A stretch of DNA of 37,868 nucleotides from Candidatus Methanomethylophilaceae archaeon (GCA_017395275.1 JAFPVN010000164.1:1-37868), one strand, 5' to 3'; shown: positions 8,339-17,735, numbered from the stretch's first letter. Numbers and translations: made by a program. Notes: generated by a model from the sequence alone, not told the origin.

Positions 8339-8750
8339 CTCCCTTTACGAGCGGGGTGGGTCCGAGCGCCTTGATGGTGTCGACGAACTCACAAATGGTC
8401 TTCTGGAACTTCTCTCCCTCGGAAGCGGAAACCCACTCGAGTTTCAGCCTTCTGGGGTCGAATCCGTACTGCTCGAGAACCATCCTCAGGAGGGCGATTC
8501 TCCTTCTTGCCCTGTAGTTACCGCCGATGTAGTGGCAGTCTGCGGGGTGGCATCCGAGGATCATGACTCCGTCCGCTCCCTTGGAGAACGCCCTGAGGAC
8601 GTGCTCGGGGTCGACACGTGCGGAGCACATGGTCCTGATGATACGGAAGTTGGTGGGCATCTGGAGCCTTGCGACTCCTGCACCGTCAGCTCCCGCGTAG
8701 GAACACCAGTTGCAGCAGAACGTTACGATTCTGGGCTCGAAGTCTGCCAT
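8331..8750 (-). CDS. mvhD: methyl-viologen-reducing hydrogenase delta subunit
   Basis: 139 aa. FCCNWCSYAGADGAG...GCHPADCHY is the MvhD/FlpD signature. Its ATG directly abuts the hdrA stop (TGAATG). Confidence 0.95.
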   Translation of the reverse strand: MADFEPRIVTFCCNWCSYAGADGAGVARLQMPTNFRIIRTMCSARVDPEHVLRAFSKGADGVMILGCHPADCHYIGGNYRARRRIALLRMVLEQYGFDPRRLKLEWVSASEGEKFQKTICEFVDTIKALGPTPLVKGDE

Positions 8751-11700
8751 TCACTCGCCTCCCACGGGGTAGTCGAGGCAGGCATCGATCTCTGCCTGGA
8801 TCTGGATGTTCTTGAATCCCTTCTGCTCCATAGCTCCGGACGGGCATGCTGCGACACAGCATCCGCATCCCTTACAGAGACCTGCGTTGACGTTGGACTT
8901 CAGTTTACCGTCCTTGGAGACGATGGTGATTGCCTTGTACTCGCAGCATCCCTCGCACACTCCGCATCCGTCGCAGTAGTCCTCGTTGACTGAAGCGACG
9001 ATACCCTCGGAGGTGAGGAACTTCTTGGAGATGATGGTCAGGGCCCTGGAGGCTGCTCCGGATCCCTGTGCGATACACTCGTCCATGTGCTTGGGCCAGT
9101 GGGCGAGTCCTGCTACGTAGACACCCTCGGTCGCGAAGTCGACGGGCCTGAGCTTCTGGTGAGCCTCGAAGTAGAATCCGTCCTTGGAGATCGGGACCTT
9201 CACCATCTTGGCGAGCTCCTCCTTCTCCTCGCGTGCGGGTGCGATACCGTTGCTCAGAACGACACAGTCAACGGGGACGGAGACGTCGGCGCCGAGAGTG
9301 AGGTCGAACGCGGTAACGGTGTTGCCGTCGTATGCGGGCAGGGGTGCCTCCTCGTCGTACCTGAGGAACCTGACTCCGACCTCGGATGCCTTCCTGTACA
9401 TCTCCTCGCGGAATCCGTAGGTCCTGATGTCCTTGTGGAAGATGGTGACGTTGGCGGTGGGGTCTGCGAGCTTGATCTGGATCGCGTTCCTCAGAGCGGT
9501 GGTACAGCAGACACGTGAGCAGTATCCGACGGACTCGTTCCTGGAACCGACGCACTGGATGAATGCGACGTTCTTTTTGTTGAACTTGCCGTCCGCGATC
9601 GCCTGCTCGCACTCGAGTCCGGTCATGACCTTCGCGTCAGAGCCGTAGTTGTACTCGGTGGGCTTGTATGCGGGTGCACCGACTGCGAAGATGACTGCTC
9701 CGACAGGCTCGTCGGTTCCGTCCTCGAGCTGGAGGTTGAAGTTTCCGACGAATCCGGGGATGTCCTTGACCTTTGCGTTGAGGTGGACCTTGATCAGGTT
9801 GTTGGAGTTGACCTTGTCGATGAGGCCCTTGACGAACTCGAGGGTGTCGACACCGTTCTCCTTGTGCCTGAAGTTGAGCGCCTGTCCTCCCAGCTGTCCC
9901 TCCCTCTCGACGAGGTGGACCTCGAATCCCTGTGCGGCGATGTCGAGTGCGGTGGTCATACCGGTGATACCTCCACCGATGACTGCTGCCTTCTGGGTGA
10001 CGGGGATCTTTGCTCCCTCGAGAGGCTCGAGGAGGCATGCCTTTGCGATTGCCATCCTGACGAGGTCCTTTGCCTTCTTGGTTGCGGCTTCGGGCTCGTG
10101 CATGTGGATCCAGGAACACTGGTCACGGATGTTGGCCATGTTGAAGAGGTACTGGTTGAGTCCTCCCTCACGGCATGCGATCCTGAACAGGGGCTCGTGG
10201 GTCCTGGGTGTGCATGATGCGACGACTACACGGTTGAGGTCGTGCTCCTTGATTGCGGCGGAGATGGCCTGGAGGGTGTCCTGTGCGCATGCGTACATCG
10301 TCTTGGTCGCGTAGACCACGTGCGGCAGGGTGCCGGCGTATGCTGCAACGGAGGGGACGTCTACTGTGGCACCGATGTTGATACCGCACTCGCAGACCCA
10401 GACACCCACACGGGGCTCCTTGCCTGCAACGTCCTTCTCTGCGGGGTACTGCTTGGGGGCGCAGGGCTCGAAGTTCTCATCGACGATGTATGCTCCGGCC
10501 TTTGCGGATGCTCCCGAAGACTCGGCGACGGTGGTCGGGATGTCCTTGGGTGCGGAGAATGCTCCGGACACGAGGATACCGGGCCTGGTGGTCTCGAGGG
10601 GCTTGAATACCGAGGTCTCACAGAATCCGTACTCGTTGAGTCCGATTCCGAGGACTTTGGCGAGTTCCTCAGCTCCCTCCGGCGGGTTGAGTCCGATGGA
10701 GAGAACGACGAGGTCGTACTCTGCGGAAGTTCCGTTTCCGTCCTTGTCGGTGTAGTTGATGGTGAGCTTCTTGGTCTCGGGGTCCTCCTCGACGTTGGAG
10801 ACACGGGCTCCCCTGTGCATGATGATTCCGTACTGGCCCTGGGCCCTCTTGATGTAGGCCTCGAACTCCTTTCCGTAGGACCTGATGTCCATGAAGAAGA
10901 TGTCCTCCTGGACCTGTGCGTGCTCCTTGGTGATGATTGCCTGCTTGGTCGCGTACATACAGCAGACGGACGAGCAGTACTTCTTCCAGTTCTTCTTCTC
11001 GGACCTGGATCCGCAGCACTGGATGAATGCGATCTTCTGGGGTGCCTCACCGTTGGACGGGCACTTGATGTGTCCGTGGTCAGGACCGGATGCGCACATC
11101 ATCCTCTCGTACTCCATGGAGGTGACGACGTTGTCGTATCTGCCGTATCCGTACTCGGTCGCATAGCCTGCGTCCCAGAGCTGGAATCCGACGGCGGCGA
11201 TGATGGATCCTACCTCGAGGACCTCTTCCTCCTCCTTGTCGGCGTAGTTGATTGCTCCCTTCTTACAGGTCTTCTCACAGATTCCGCACTTGCCGTTGAG
11301 AATCATCTTACAGTAGTTGGGGTCGATGAGAGCGACCCTGGGAACTGCCTGTGCGTGAGGGATGTAAATTGCCTTCCTGGTGGTGAGTCCGTACTCGAAC
11401 TGGTCGGGGATGTTCTTGGTGGGACACTTAGCGACACAGTCACCGCAGCCGGTACACTCTTTGAGCTTGACGTACCTGGGCTTCTTCTTGACCGTGACCT
11501 TAAAGTCTCCAGCCTCTCCGTCGACCTTAACAACCTCTGAGTAGGACATGACCGTGATGTTGGGGTGACCCGCACAGTCTGCCATCTTAGGGGAGAGGAT
11601 ACAAGCGGAACAGTCATTCGTAGGGAAAGTCTTGTCGAGACGGCACATCTTTCCACCGATTGTGGGGTCTTTCTCCACAAGGTAGACATGGATATCCCTG

Positions 11701-11768
11701 TCTGCAAGATCCAACGAAGCCTGGATACCTGCGATTCCTCCACCGATAACCAATGCTGATTTAGTCAT
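8751..11768 (-). CDS. hdrA: heterodisulfide reductase subunit A, long tandem-module form
   Basis: 1005 aa with two FAD-binding loops (VIGGGIAGIQASLDLA at aa 7 and VIGGGITGMTTALDIA at aa 596). Also present are FPTNDCSACILSPK, an inserted 2x[4Fe-4S] ferredoxin (CTGCGDCVAKCP, CGICEKTC), two copies of the IQC.GSR...CS..CC motif, and a C-terminal ferredoxin (CDGCGVCEGCC, CKGCGCCVAACP). A strong GGAGGT lies upstream. Confidence 0.95.
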   Translation of the reverse strand: MTKSALVIGGGIAGIQASLDLADRDIHVYLVEKDPTIGGKMCRLDKTFPTNDCSACILSPKMADCAGHPNITVMSYSEVVKVDGEAGDFKVTVKKKPRYVKLKECTGCGDCVAKCPTKNIPDQFEYGLTTRKAIYIPHAQAVPRVALIDPNYCKMILNGKCGICEKTCKKGAINYADKEEEEVLEVGSIIAAVGFQLWDAGYATEYGYGRYDNVVTSMEYERMMCASGPDHGHIKCPSNGEAPQKIAFIQCCGSRSEKKNWKKYCSSVCCMYATKQAIITKEHAQVQEDIFFMDIRSYGKEFEAYIKRAQGQYGIIMHRGARVSNVEEDPETKKLTINYTDKDGNGTSAEYDLVVLSIGLNPPEGAEELAKVLGIGLNEYGFCETSVFKPLETTRPGILVSGAFSAPKDIPTTVAESSGASAKAGAYIVDENFEPCAPKQYPAEKDVAGKEPRVGVWVCECGINIGATVDVPSVAAYAGTLPHVVYATKTMYACAQDTLQAISAAIKEHDLNRVVVASCTPRTHEPLFRIACREGGLNQYLFNMANIRDQCSWIHMHEPEAATKKAKDLVRMAIAKACLLEPLEGAKIPVTQKAAVIGGGITGMTTALDIAAQGFEVHLVEREGQLGGQALNFRHKENGVDTLEFVKGLIDKVNSNNLIKVHLNAKVKDIPGFVGNFNLQLEDGTDEPVGAVIFAVGAPAYKPTEYNYGSDAKVMTGLECEQAIADGKFNKKNVAFIQCVGSRNESVGYCSRVCCTTALRNAIQIKLADPTANVTIFHKDIRTYGFREEMYRKASEVGVRFLRYDEEAPLPAYDGNTVTAFDLTLGADVSVPVDCVVLSNGIAPAREEKEELAKMVKVPISKDGFYFEAHQKLRPVDFATEGVYVAGLAHWPKHMDECIAQGSGAASRALTIISKKFLTSEGIVASVNEDYCDGCGVCEGCCEYKAITIVSKDGKLKSNVNAGLCKGCGCCVAACPSGAMEQKGFKNIQIQAEIDACLDYPVGGE

Positions 11769-12108
11769 TCTTTTACCTCCTTCATATAATAATATGTTGG
11801 AACGGTTCGGAGGATGGCGTGATATATTAAAACCATTTCTACATCACGTTTATATAAGATGGGGTCGTTTATTATACTCTCAATTCTGATTTTCGTTCGT
11901 TTGACCGACAGTTTTTTTAGGTGACTTTAAAAACAGACAGGCCAGACATACGATTAAGTAGTGTTAAATGTATTTATTGTTTGAGATAATGCTACCACAC
12001 ATATTGTAATATTCGCAGATATATTTCGTAATTAACCGAAATAATTTTCCCGTCGCATCGGAACGTTTGACACACCGTGTTTATAACCTCTCCTGACGAT
12101 ATGCACAT
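11769..12108. promoter_or_regulatory. AT-rich divergent promoter region (hdrA operon / zinc-finger gene)
   Basis: This 340-nt spacer is the longest in the window and is markedly AT-rich. TATA-like boxes include TTTATATAA (11849-11857) and GTTTATAA (12079-12086), the latter about 25 nt before ATG 12109. Confidence 0.4.
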
Positions 12109-12627
12109 ATGGACCCGATCTACCGCACAGTGATCGCAATCAGCCTCGTCATCACGGCGGCAGCGGCGGCGATCGCGCTGTACCGCCTGTACAGATCCAC
12201 CATGGATGAAGAGAGGGCACTGGGGAACAAGAAGTCCGCTTACACCACCGCCGACTACCGTGCAGATCAGAGGTGCGAGATATGCTTCGACGACATCGGC
12301 GACGAACCCGTATCACAGTGCGGCAAGTGCGGGAAGACGTTCCATCTCTCATGCGCCGAACCCACCGGGGAATGCCCGTACTGCGGCACCCGCTTCGAGG
12401 ACTTCCTGCCACCGAGACTGGCCCGTCACGTGACATGTCCCAGATGCGGAAATGCGATGAACGGGAACATATGCTCCTGCGGCACCGTGATACCCGATGC
12501 GGACGGCTCGTTCGTATGCAGGTGCGGGGAAAGGGTATCGGCGGGAGAGTGGATGTGCCGCAGGTGCGGGAGGACGTTCAGGACCGAGATGTCCTCCGTC
12601 AAGAAACAGTATATACCCAACGAATGA
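12109..12627 (+). CDS. membrane-anchored multi-zinc-finger protein (C4HC3 RING/PHD-like plus two zinc ribbons)
   Basis: 172 aa with an N-terminal TM helix (VIAISLVITAAAAAIALY) followed by basic residues. Ligand pattern is C56-x2-C-x11-C-x2-C-x4-H-x2-C-x6-C-x2-C92. CPRCG..CSCG and CRCG..CRRCG ribbons follow. Confidence 0.75.
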   Translation: MDPIYRTVIAISLVITAAAAAIALYRLYRSTMDEERALGNKKSAYTTADYRADQRCEICFDDIGDEPVSQCGKCGKTFHLSCAEPTGECPYCGTRFEDFLPPRLARHVTCPRCGNAMNGNICSCGTVIPDADGSFVCRCGERVSAGEWMCRRCGRTFRTEMSSVKKQYIPNE

Positions 12628-12637
12628 TGGTGGTCCG

Positions 12638-12952
12638 ATGGTCGTCAAATCCAAGAGGGGCAGGCGCAGATACATAGCGTTCACGGTCAGCGAGGGACTC
12701 ACCAAGGAGTCCCTGGCCGGCAAACTGGCCGCCTTCGCCGGCGAGAATCCCCCCAAGGTCATCCAATGCGCCGAGGGATGGTGCATCCTGAGGTGTTCCC
12801 CGCAGGAGAGGGACCGCACCGTGGAATTGATGTCCGCCGCGGATCCGGAATCCAAGTCCCTCCGCACATCTGGTACTTTGATTACCCTCAGGCGCAGATA
12901 CCCCCGTCTGATGGAGACCAGACCTCCCTCCCGCAGGAAGGGGCGTGCGTAA
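12638..12952 (+). CDS. rnp2: RNase P protein component 2 (Pop5/Rpp14 family)
   Basis: ORF 12497..12952 trimmed to ATG 12638 (MVVKSKRGRRRYIAFTV...). The RRYI.F motif fits, as does the position directly upstream of psmA seen in the conserved archaeal superoperon. Confidence 0.8.
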   Translation: MVVKSKRGRRRYIAFTVSEGLTKESLAGKLAAFAGENPPKVIQCAEGWCILRCSPQERDRTVELMSAADPESKSLRTSGTLITLRRRYPRLMETRPPSRRKGRA

Positions 12953-13001
12953 ACTTTCTTATAATAGGTTATCATACGCGCACCCGTAAGGAGTACGAAC
13001 T

Positions 13002-13712
13002 ATGCAACCAGGACAAATGGCTTATGACAGGGGAATCACAGTTTTCTCCCCTGACGGAAGACTCTTCCAGGTAGAGTATGCCCGCGAAGCGGTCAAGAAG
13101 GGAACCACCACGATCGGACTCAAGTTCAAGGACGGTGTCATCCTCATCGTTGACAAGCGCGTCTCGAGCAAGCTCGTGGAGCCCAAGTCCATCGAGAAGA
13201 TCTACGACATCGACAAGTACATCGGATGCGCAACGTCCGGTCTGGTCGCCGATGCGAGGATCCTCGTCGACGAGGCGAGAAAGAACGCTCAGATCCACAA
13301 GGTCACCTACAACGAGAACATCACCGTCGAGGCGCTCGTCAAGAAGATCTGCGACCTCAAACAGAACTATACCCAGTACGGCGGGGCACGCCCCTTCGGT
13401 ACCGCCCTCCTGATGGCGGGAGTCGACGACCTCGGCTGCCACCTCTTCGAGACGGACCCCTCGGGAGCCCTCAGCGCATACAAGGCGGACAGCATCGGTT
13501 CCGGCCGTCCCGCTGTCCTCGACGTGTTCGAGAAGGAGTTCACCGACGGCATGTCCTACGAGGACGCCATGCTCCTCGGACTCAAGGCACTCAAGGCGGC
13601 GATCGAGGACACCCCCTCCGCGGCTACCGTGGAGATAGGAGTGGTCAAGATCGACGAACCCTTCAGAAGACTCTCCGAAGAGGAAGTCGCGAAGTTCATC
13701 GAAAAGCTCTGA
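13002..13712 (+). CDS. psmA: proteasome subunit alpha
   Basis: 236 aa. [31 protein letters not shown] is the canonical alpha-subunit N-terminus. AAGGAG lies 8 nt upstream. Confidence 0.97.
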   Translation: MQPGQMAYDRGITVFSPDGRLFQVEYAREAVKKGTTTIGLKFKDGVILIVDKRVSSKLVEPKSIEKIYDIDKYIGCATSGLVADARILVDEARKNAQIHKVTYNENITVEALVKKICDLKQNYTQYGGARPFGTALLMAGVDDLGCHLFETDPSGALSAYKADSIGSGRPAVLDVFEKEFTDGMSYEDAMLLGLKALKAAIEDTPSAATVEIGVVKIDEPFRRLSEEEVAKFIEKL

Positions 13713-13717
13713 GTAAC

Positions 13718-14413
13718 ATGGTCAATCTGGACGATGCGATAGTTGCCCGTCTCGAGACGTACGGAGAGACGTTCGAGATCCTCCTGGACCCTGCCGCGAT
13801 GAACCTCATCAAGGCAGGCAAGGAGATCGACCTGCTGGAATACCTGGCGGTGGAGGATGTGTTCAACAACGCCAGGAAGGGCACCCGCCCCACCGAGGAG
13901 ATGATCGCCAAGGCGTTCGGCACCTCGGATATCAAGGAGATAGCGCAGAAGATAATCTCCAAGGGAGAGGTGCAGATCACCGCGGAGCAGAGGAAGGAGA
14001 TGCTCCAGGCGAAGAAGAAGCAGATCGTGGCATACATCGCGGCCAACGCCATCAACCCCCAGACCAAACTCCCCCATCCCCCGCTCAGGATAGAGCTGGC
14101 ACTGGATGAGGCGAAGTTCCACACCGACCCCTTCAAGCCCGTGGACAAGCAGGTCGAGGAGGCCATGCACCTCCTCAGGCCGATCCTGCCCATCAGGTTC
14201 GAGAAGACCAAGGTGGCGGTGCGCCTGAAGGGCGACGACTACGGCAGATGCTACGACGACCTTATCCACTTCGGTATCGTGGAGAAGGAGGAGTGGCAGG
14301 CCGACGGCTCGTGGATAGGTCTCATGGAGATACCCGCCGGATTGATCACGGAACTGACCAGCAAGCTGAACAGCAAGACCAAGGGCAACGCCGCGGTCAA
14401 GGCTATCCAGTAA
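13718..14413 (+). CDS. SBDS/Sdo1 family ribosome maturation protein
   Basis: ORF 13226..14413 trimmed to ATG 13718 ([25 protein letters not shown]). This is an SBDS-like N-terminal domain in the conserved position after psmA. Confidence 0.9.
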   Translation: MVNLDDAIVARLETYGETFEILLDPAAMNLIKAGKEIDLLEYLAVEDVFNNARKGTRPTEEMIAKAFGTSDIKEIAQKIISKGEVQITAEQRKEMLQAKKKQIVAYIAANAINPQTKLPHPPLRIELALDEAKFHTDPFKPVDKQVEEAMHLLRPILPIRFEKTKVAVRLKGDDYGRCYDDLIHFGIVEKEEWQADGSWIGLMEIPAGLITELTSKLNSKTKGNAAVKAIQ

Positions 14414-14440
14414 TCCAACATAACATTCGAGAGTGATAAA

Positions 14441-15133
14441 ATGGAAAGAAGAAACGCCAAGCCCAAGCGCGAACTCGTGCTTCCCGGCGACCTGCTCGAT
14501 TCAACCGGAGCGAAGGTCGGGGAGTACGCCTACGAGAGGGATGGCAACGTATACGCCGCCGTTCTGGGGATCAAGAACGTGACCCCCGCCGGCGTCGGAG
14601 TAATCCCCCTCCACGGACAGTACATGCCCGTCGCAGGGGATCTCGTGATCGGAACGATAAACGACATAGGACCGTCCAACTGGATGGTCGACATCAACGC
14701 GCCCTACCCCGCGCCGCTCCACGTGAGCGAGGTGCCGTGGAAGGTCGAGTTCGGGGACACCTCCAGATTCCTCAACATAGGGGACGTCGTGCTCCTCAAG
14801 GTCCTTTCCGTGGACGAGAGCAAGAAGATACAGGTCACGATGAACGACGCGGGACTCAGGAAGATCGAGGGCGGAATGCTCGTGGAGATCTCCCACACCA
14901 AGGTCTCGAGGGTGATCGGAAAGAGCGGATCCATGATCCAGATGCTCAAGAACATGTCCGACTGCCGCATAACCGTCGGTCAGAACGGAAGGATCTGGAT
15001 CGACGGAGAGGGCGAGAGCGCCGAAGCGGTGGCGGATGCTATCAAGATGATCGAGGAGGAGGCGCAGTCGCACAACCTCACCGAGAGGATCAAAGAATTT
15101 TTGGAGAAAAGGCTCCCGGCAGAGGAGGAGTGA
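14441..15133 (+). CDS. rrp4: exosome complex RNA-binding protein Rrp4 (S1 + KH)
   Basis: 230 aa with VLPGDLL at the N-terminus and a KH-like [13 protein letters not shown]. Its position upstream of rrp41 also fits. Confidence 0.9.
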   Translation: MERRNAKPKRELVLPGDLLDSTGAKVGEYAYERDGNVYAAVLGIKNVTPAGVGVIPLHGQYMPVAGDLVIGTINDIGPSNWMVDINAPYPAPLHVSEVPWKVEFGDTSRFLNIGDVVLLKVLSVDESKKIQVTMNDAGLRKIEGGMLVEISHTKVSRVIGKSGSMIQMLKNMSDCRITVGQNGRIWIDGEGESAEAVADAIKMIEEEAQSHNLTERIKEFLEKRLPAEEE

Positions 15134-15135
15134 AA

Positions 15136-15882
15136 ATGAGTGGACACACCGATATGGTTTTAGTTGACGATAACGGCATGAGGATCGATGGCAGGACCGC
15201 CACCGAGCACAGGCCGATCAAGATCGAGGCCGGCGTACTGAAGAATGCCGACGGATCAGCATACGTAGAGATTGGAAAGAACAAGGTGCTCGCAGCGGTC
15301 TACGGACCCAGGGAGTGCCACCCCAGACACCTGCAGGACCCCAACAAGGCGGTCATCCAGTGCAAGTACAACATGCAGGCGTTCTCGGTCAGCGACCGTA
15401 AGAGACCCGGAACCGACAGGAGGTCCATCGAGATCTCCAAGATCACCGCCGAGGCACTCGAGAACGTCGTCCTCACCGAGCTCTACCCCCGCGCGTCCAT
15501 CGACGTGTACATCGAGATCCTCCAGGCGAACGCAGGTACCAGGTGCGCCGGTCTCACCGCCGCATCCGTCGCACTCGCCGACGCTGGGATCCCCATGAGG
15601 GACATCGTCCCCGCCATCGCCGCCGGTAAGGCGGACGGCCACGTCCTCCTCGACCTCAACAAGGAAGAGGACAACTACGGACAGGCGGACGTCCCCATCG
15701 CGCTCGTCCCCTCCACCGACGAGATCGTCCTCCTCCAGATGGACGGTAACATGACCAGGGAGGAGTTCGACAGGGCCATCAGCCTCGCCGTGAACGCATG
15801 CCACGAGGTCTACGACCTCCAGAAGGACGCCCTCAAGAGACGCTACGCCGTCAAGAAGGAGGAGGCTGAGTCCGATGAGTAA
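15136..15882 (+). CDS. rrp41: exosome complex exonuclease Rrp41 (RNase PH fold)
   Basis: ORF 14737..15882 trimmed to ATG 15136 ([45 protein letters not shown]), 2 nt after the rrp4 stop. Confidence 0.95.
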   Translation: MSGHTDMVLVDDNGMRIDGRTATEHRPIKIEAGVLKNADGSAYVEIGKNKVLAAVYGPRECHPRHLQDPNKAVIQCKYNMQAFSVSDRKRPGTDRRSIEISKITAEALENVVLTELYPRASIDVYIEILQANAGTRCAGLTAASVALADAGIPMRDIVPAIAAGKADGHVLLDLNKEEDNYGQADVPIALVPSTDEIVLLQMDGNMTREEFDRAISLAVNACHEVYDLQKDALKRRYAVKKEEAESDE

Positions 15883-16648
15883 TGAAGTCATATCACAGAT
15901 CAAGCGCGACCACATCGTCAACCTCCTCGAGAAGGGGACCAGGACGGACGGACGCTCCCCCAAGGACATCAGGGAGATCCAGGTCACAACCAACTGCATA
16001 GAGTCCGCGGACGGATCCGCAAGGGTCAAGCTCGGAAACACCGAGGTCATCGCGGGAGTCAAGATCATACCCGGAACACCCTTCCCGGACACCCCCAACT
16101 CGGGAGTGCTCACCACCGGTGCCGAGCTCATCCCCATGGCGCACGCCTCGTTCGAGTCCGGTCCCCCGGGAGAGGACGCGATCGAGCTGGCACGTGTCGT
16201 CGACCGCGGAATCAGGGAGTCGGGAATGGTGGATGTCGAAGGGCTGTGCATCACCCCCGGAGAGGAGGTATGGATGTGCTTCATCGACATGTACGCACTG
16301 GACTACGACGGCAACCTGTTCGACGCATCGAACCTGGCGGCGGTCATGGCCCTCAGGACCGCGATCATACCCGGAGAGCAGTACGGCAAGGGAGAGAACA
16401 AGCCCCTGCCCATCACCTGCACGCCGATATCTGTCACGTCCTGCAAGATAGGAAATACTTTAATACTTGACCCAAATTTCGACGAGGAACACATTGCCTC
16501 GGCACGCCTGACGGTTACGACCGACGACAACGGCAACTTCAGGGCGATGCAGAAGGGCGGAAAGGGTTCGATCACTCTCGACGAACTCAGCCAGTGCCTG
16601 GATGCCGCGGTCGAGAAGGGCAAGGAAATCAGAAAGATCATCGGGTGA
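15875..16648 (+). CDS. rrp42: exosome complex component Rrp42 (inactive RNase PH fold)
   Basis: 257 aa. The sequence [36 protein letters not shown] fits the family. It overlaps the rrp41 stop by 8 nt. Confidence 0.9.
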   Translation: MSNEVISQIKRDHIVNLLEKGTRTDGRSPKDIREIQVTTNCIESADGSARVKLGNTEVIAGVKIIPGTPFPDTPNSGVLTTGAELIPMAHASFESGPPGEDAIELARVVDRGIRESGMVDVEGLCITPGEEVWMCFIDMYALDYDGNLFDASNLAAVMALRTAIIPGEQYGKGENKPLPITCTPISVTSCKIGNTLILDPNFDEEHIASARLTVTTDDNGNFRAMQKGGKGSITLDELSQCLDAAVEKGKEIRKIIG

Positions 16649-16653
16649 TACCA

Positions 16654-16905
16654 ATGTCAAAGAGAACCAACAAAGCAGGAACCTCCGGAAGGTTCGGCGC
16701 AAGGTACGGAGTCGTTATCCGCAACAGGGTAAAGACCATCGAAGCAGACCAGAGAAAATTCCACGAGTGCCCCATCTGCCACCACGTCTCTGTCAAGAGA
16801 GTAAGCTCGGGCATCTGGAACTGCAGGCACTGCGGTGCCAAGTTCGCGGCCGGATCCTACTCCCCCGAGGCGAAGAAGCAGATCTCCCAGGTCGCAGAGA
16901 ACTGA
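16654..16905 (+). CDS. rpl37ae: 50S ribosomal protein L37Ae (eL43)
   Basis: ORF 16594..16905 trimmed to ATG 16654 (MSKRTNKAGTSGRFGARYG). Zinc ribbon CPICHH...CRHCG is present. Confidence 0.95.
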   Translation: MSKRTNKAGTSGRFGARYGVVIRNRVKTIEADQRKFHECPICHHVSVKRVSSGIWNCRHCGAKFAAGSYSPEAKKQISQVAEN

Positions 16906-16926
16906 ATCATCTGAGAGGTGATTGGA

Positions 16927-17058
16927 TTGTACAGATGCGGAAAATGCAACGAGCCTATCAGGGACGTCAACAGCCTCGGTCTCCAGTGCGAGAAGTGCAG
17001 GTCAAGGATCGTCTACAAGGACAGGCCCAACACGAAGAAGACGCTGAAGTCCGACTGA
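16927..17058 (+). CDS. rpoP: DNA-directed RNA polymerase subunit P (Rpo12)
   Basis: Not in the ORF track because it is under 60 aa. A TTG start at 16927 is preceded by GAGGTGAT (16914-16921). It reads (M)YRCGKCNEPIRDVNSLGLQCEKCRSRIVYKDRPNTKKTLKSD, a CxxC..CxxC ribbon in the conserved position after L37Ae. An alternative GTG start lies at 16918. Confidence 0.6.
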   Translation: MYRCGKCNEPIRDVNSLGLQCEKCRSRIVYKDRPNTKKTLKSD

Positions 17059-17064
17059 ACGATC

Positions 17065-17298
17065 ATGCTGAACGCGGTGCTCTGTATCGAATCCGACGAT
17101 GCCGGGACCATCTCTTCCGCCCTCCGCCCGGAGGCCGGCAGGGAACTCCCGCGCACCCATGTCGAGATAGAGGACTCGGAAGGCCTCGTCACCGTCAGGA
17201 TCGAGGCAGCCGACACCTCCGCCATGAGGGCTGCGCTCAACTCCTACCTCGGATGCATAAAGATTGTGGAAGACATAAACCGGATCACAGGTGATTGA
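17065..17298 (+). CDS. pcc1: KEOPS complex subunit Pcc1-like
   Basis: 77 aa. LVTVRIEAADTSAMRAALNSYLGCIKIVED matches the Pcc1/CTAG-family pattern. Its position in the superoperon also fits. Confidence 0.7.
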   Translation: MLNAVLCIESDDAGTISSALRPEAGRELPRTHVEIEDSEGLVTVRIEAADTSAMRAALNSYLGCIKIVEDINRITGD

Positions 17299-17652
17299 AT
17301 GAACAACATCAGCCCCCAGCTCCAGAACCAGATCGCGCAGTTCCAGCAGCTCCAGCAGCAGCTCCAGTCCGTGAGCACCCAGAAGCTCCAGATGAACGCG
17401 CAGATCAAGGAGATCGAGAGGACCATCGCGGAACTCGAGAAATCCACCGGGGACGTTTACAGGAACGTAGGTTCCCTCCTCATCAAGGTCGACGACAAGG
17501 AAGCCGTCAAGGCCGAGCTCGAAGAGTCCAAGGAGACCCTCGAGGTCAGGGTCAAGTCCGTCGAGCGCCAGGAGGCGGGACTCCGCGAGAAGTACAACTC
17601 CCTGCAGGAGACCATCAACAAGGCAATGGGCAAGACACAGCCCACCGCCTGA
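17299..17652 (+). CDS. pfdB: prefoldin subunit beta
   Basis: 117 aa with a coiled-coil Q-rich N-terminus (QLQNQIAQFQQLQQQLQ), a central beta hairpin (VYRNVGSLLIKVD) and a C-terminal coil. The ATG directly follows the pcc1 stop. Confidence 0.9.
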   Translation: MNNISPQLQNQIAQFQQLQQQLQSVSTQKLQMNAQIKEIERTIAELEKSTGDVYRNVGSLLIKVDDKEAVKAELEESKETLEVRVKSVERQEAGLREKYNSLQETINKAMGKTQPTA

Positions 17653-17665
17653 TCCCAAACCCCAC

Positions 17666-17694
17666 AGCGGCCTCACGGCCGCTTCGTTTCTATC
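17666..17694 (+). terminator. hairpin plus T-rich tract ending the exosome superoperon
   Basis: AGCGGCC-TCAC-GGCCGCT (17666-17683) is followed by TCGTTTCTATC. Confidence 0.55.
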
Positions 17695-17735
17695 TACTGG
17701 CACATTCTAAATAGGCGTTATACCTACACCATCCC

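Noticed and set aside
11897-12069. Direct 8-mer repeat CGTTTGAC at about 11897 and about 12062 in the AT-rich spacer, considered as a possible regulator site.
   Set aside because: A single 8-mer recurrence in a 340-nt spacer is about what chance predicts, and no further copies or palindromic symmetry were seen.
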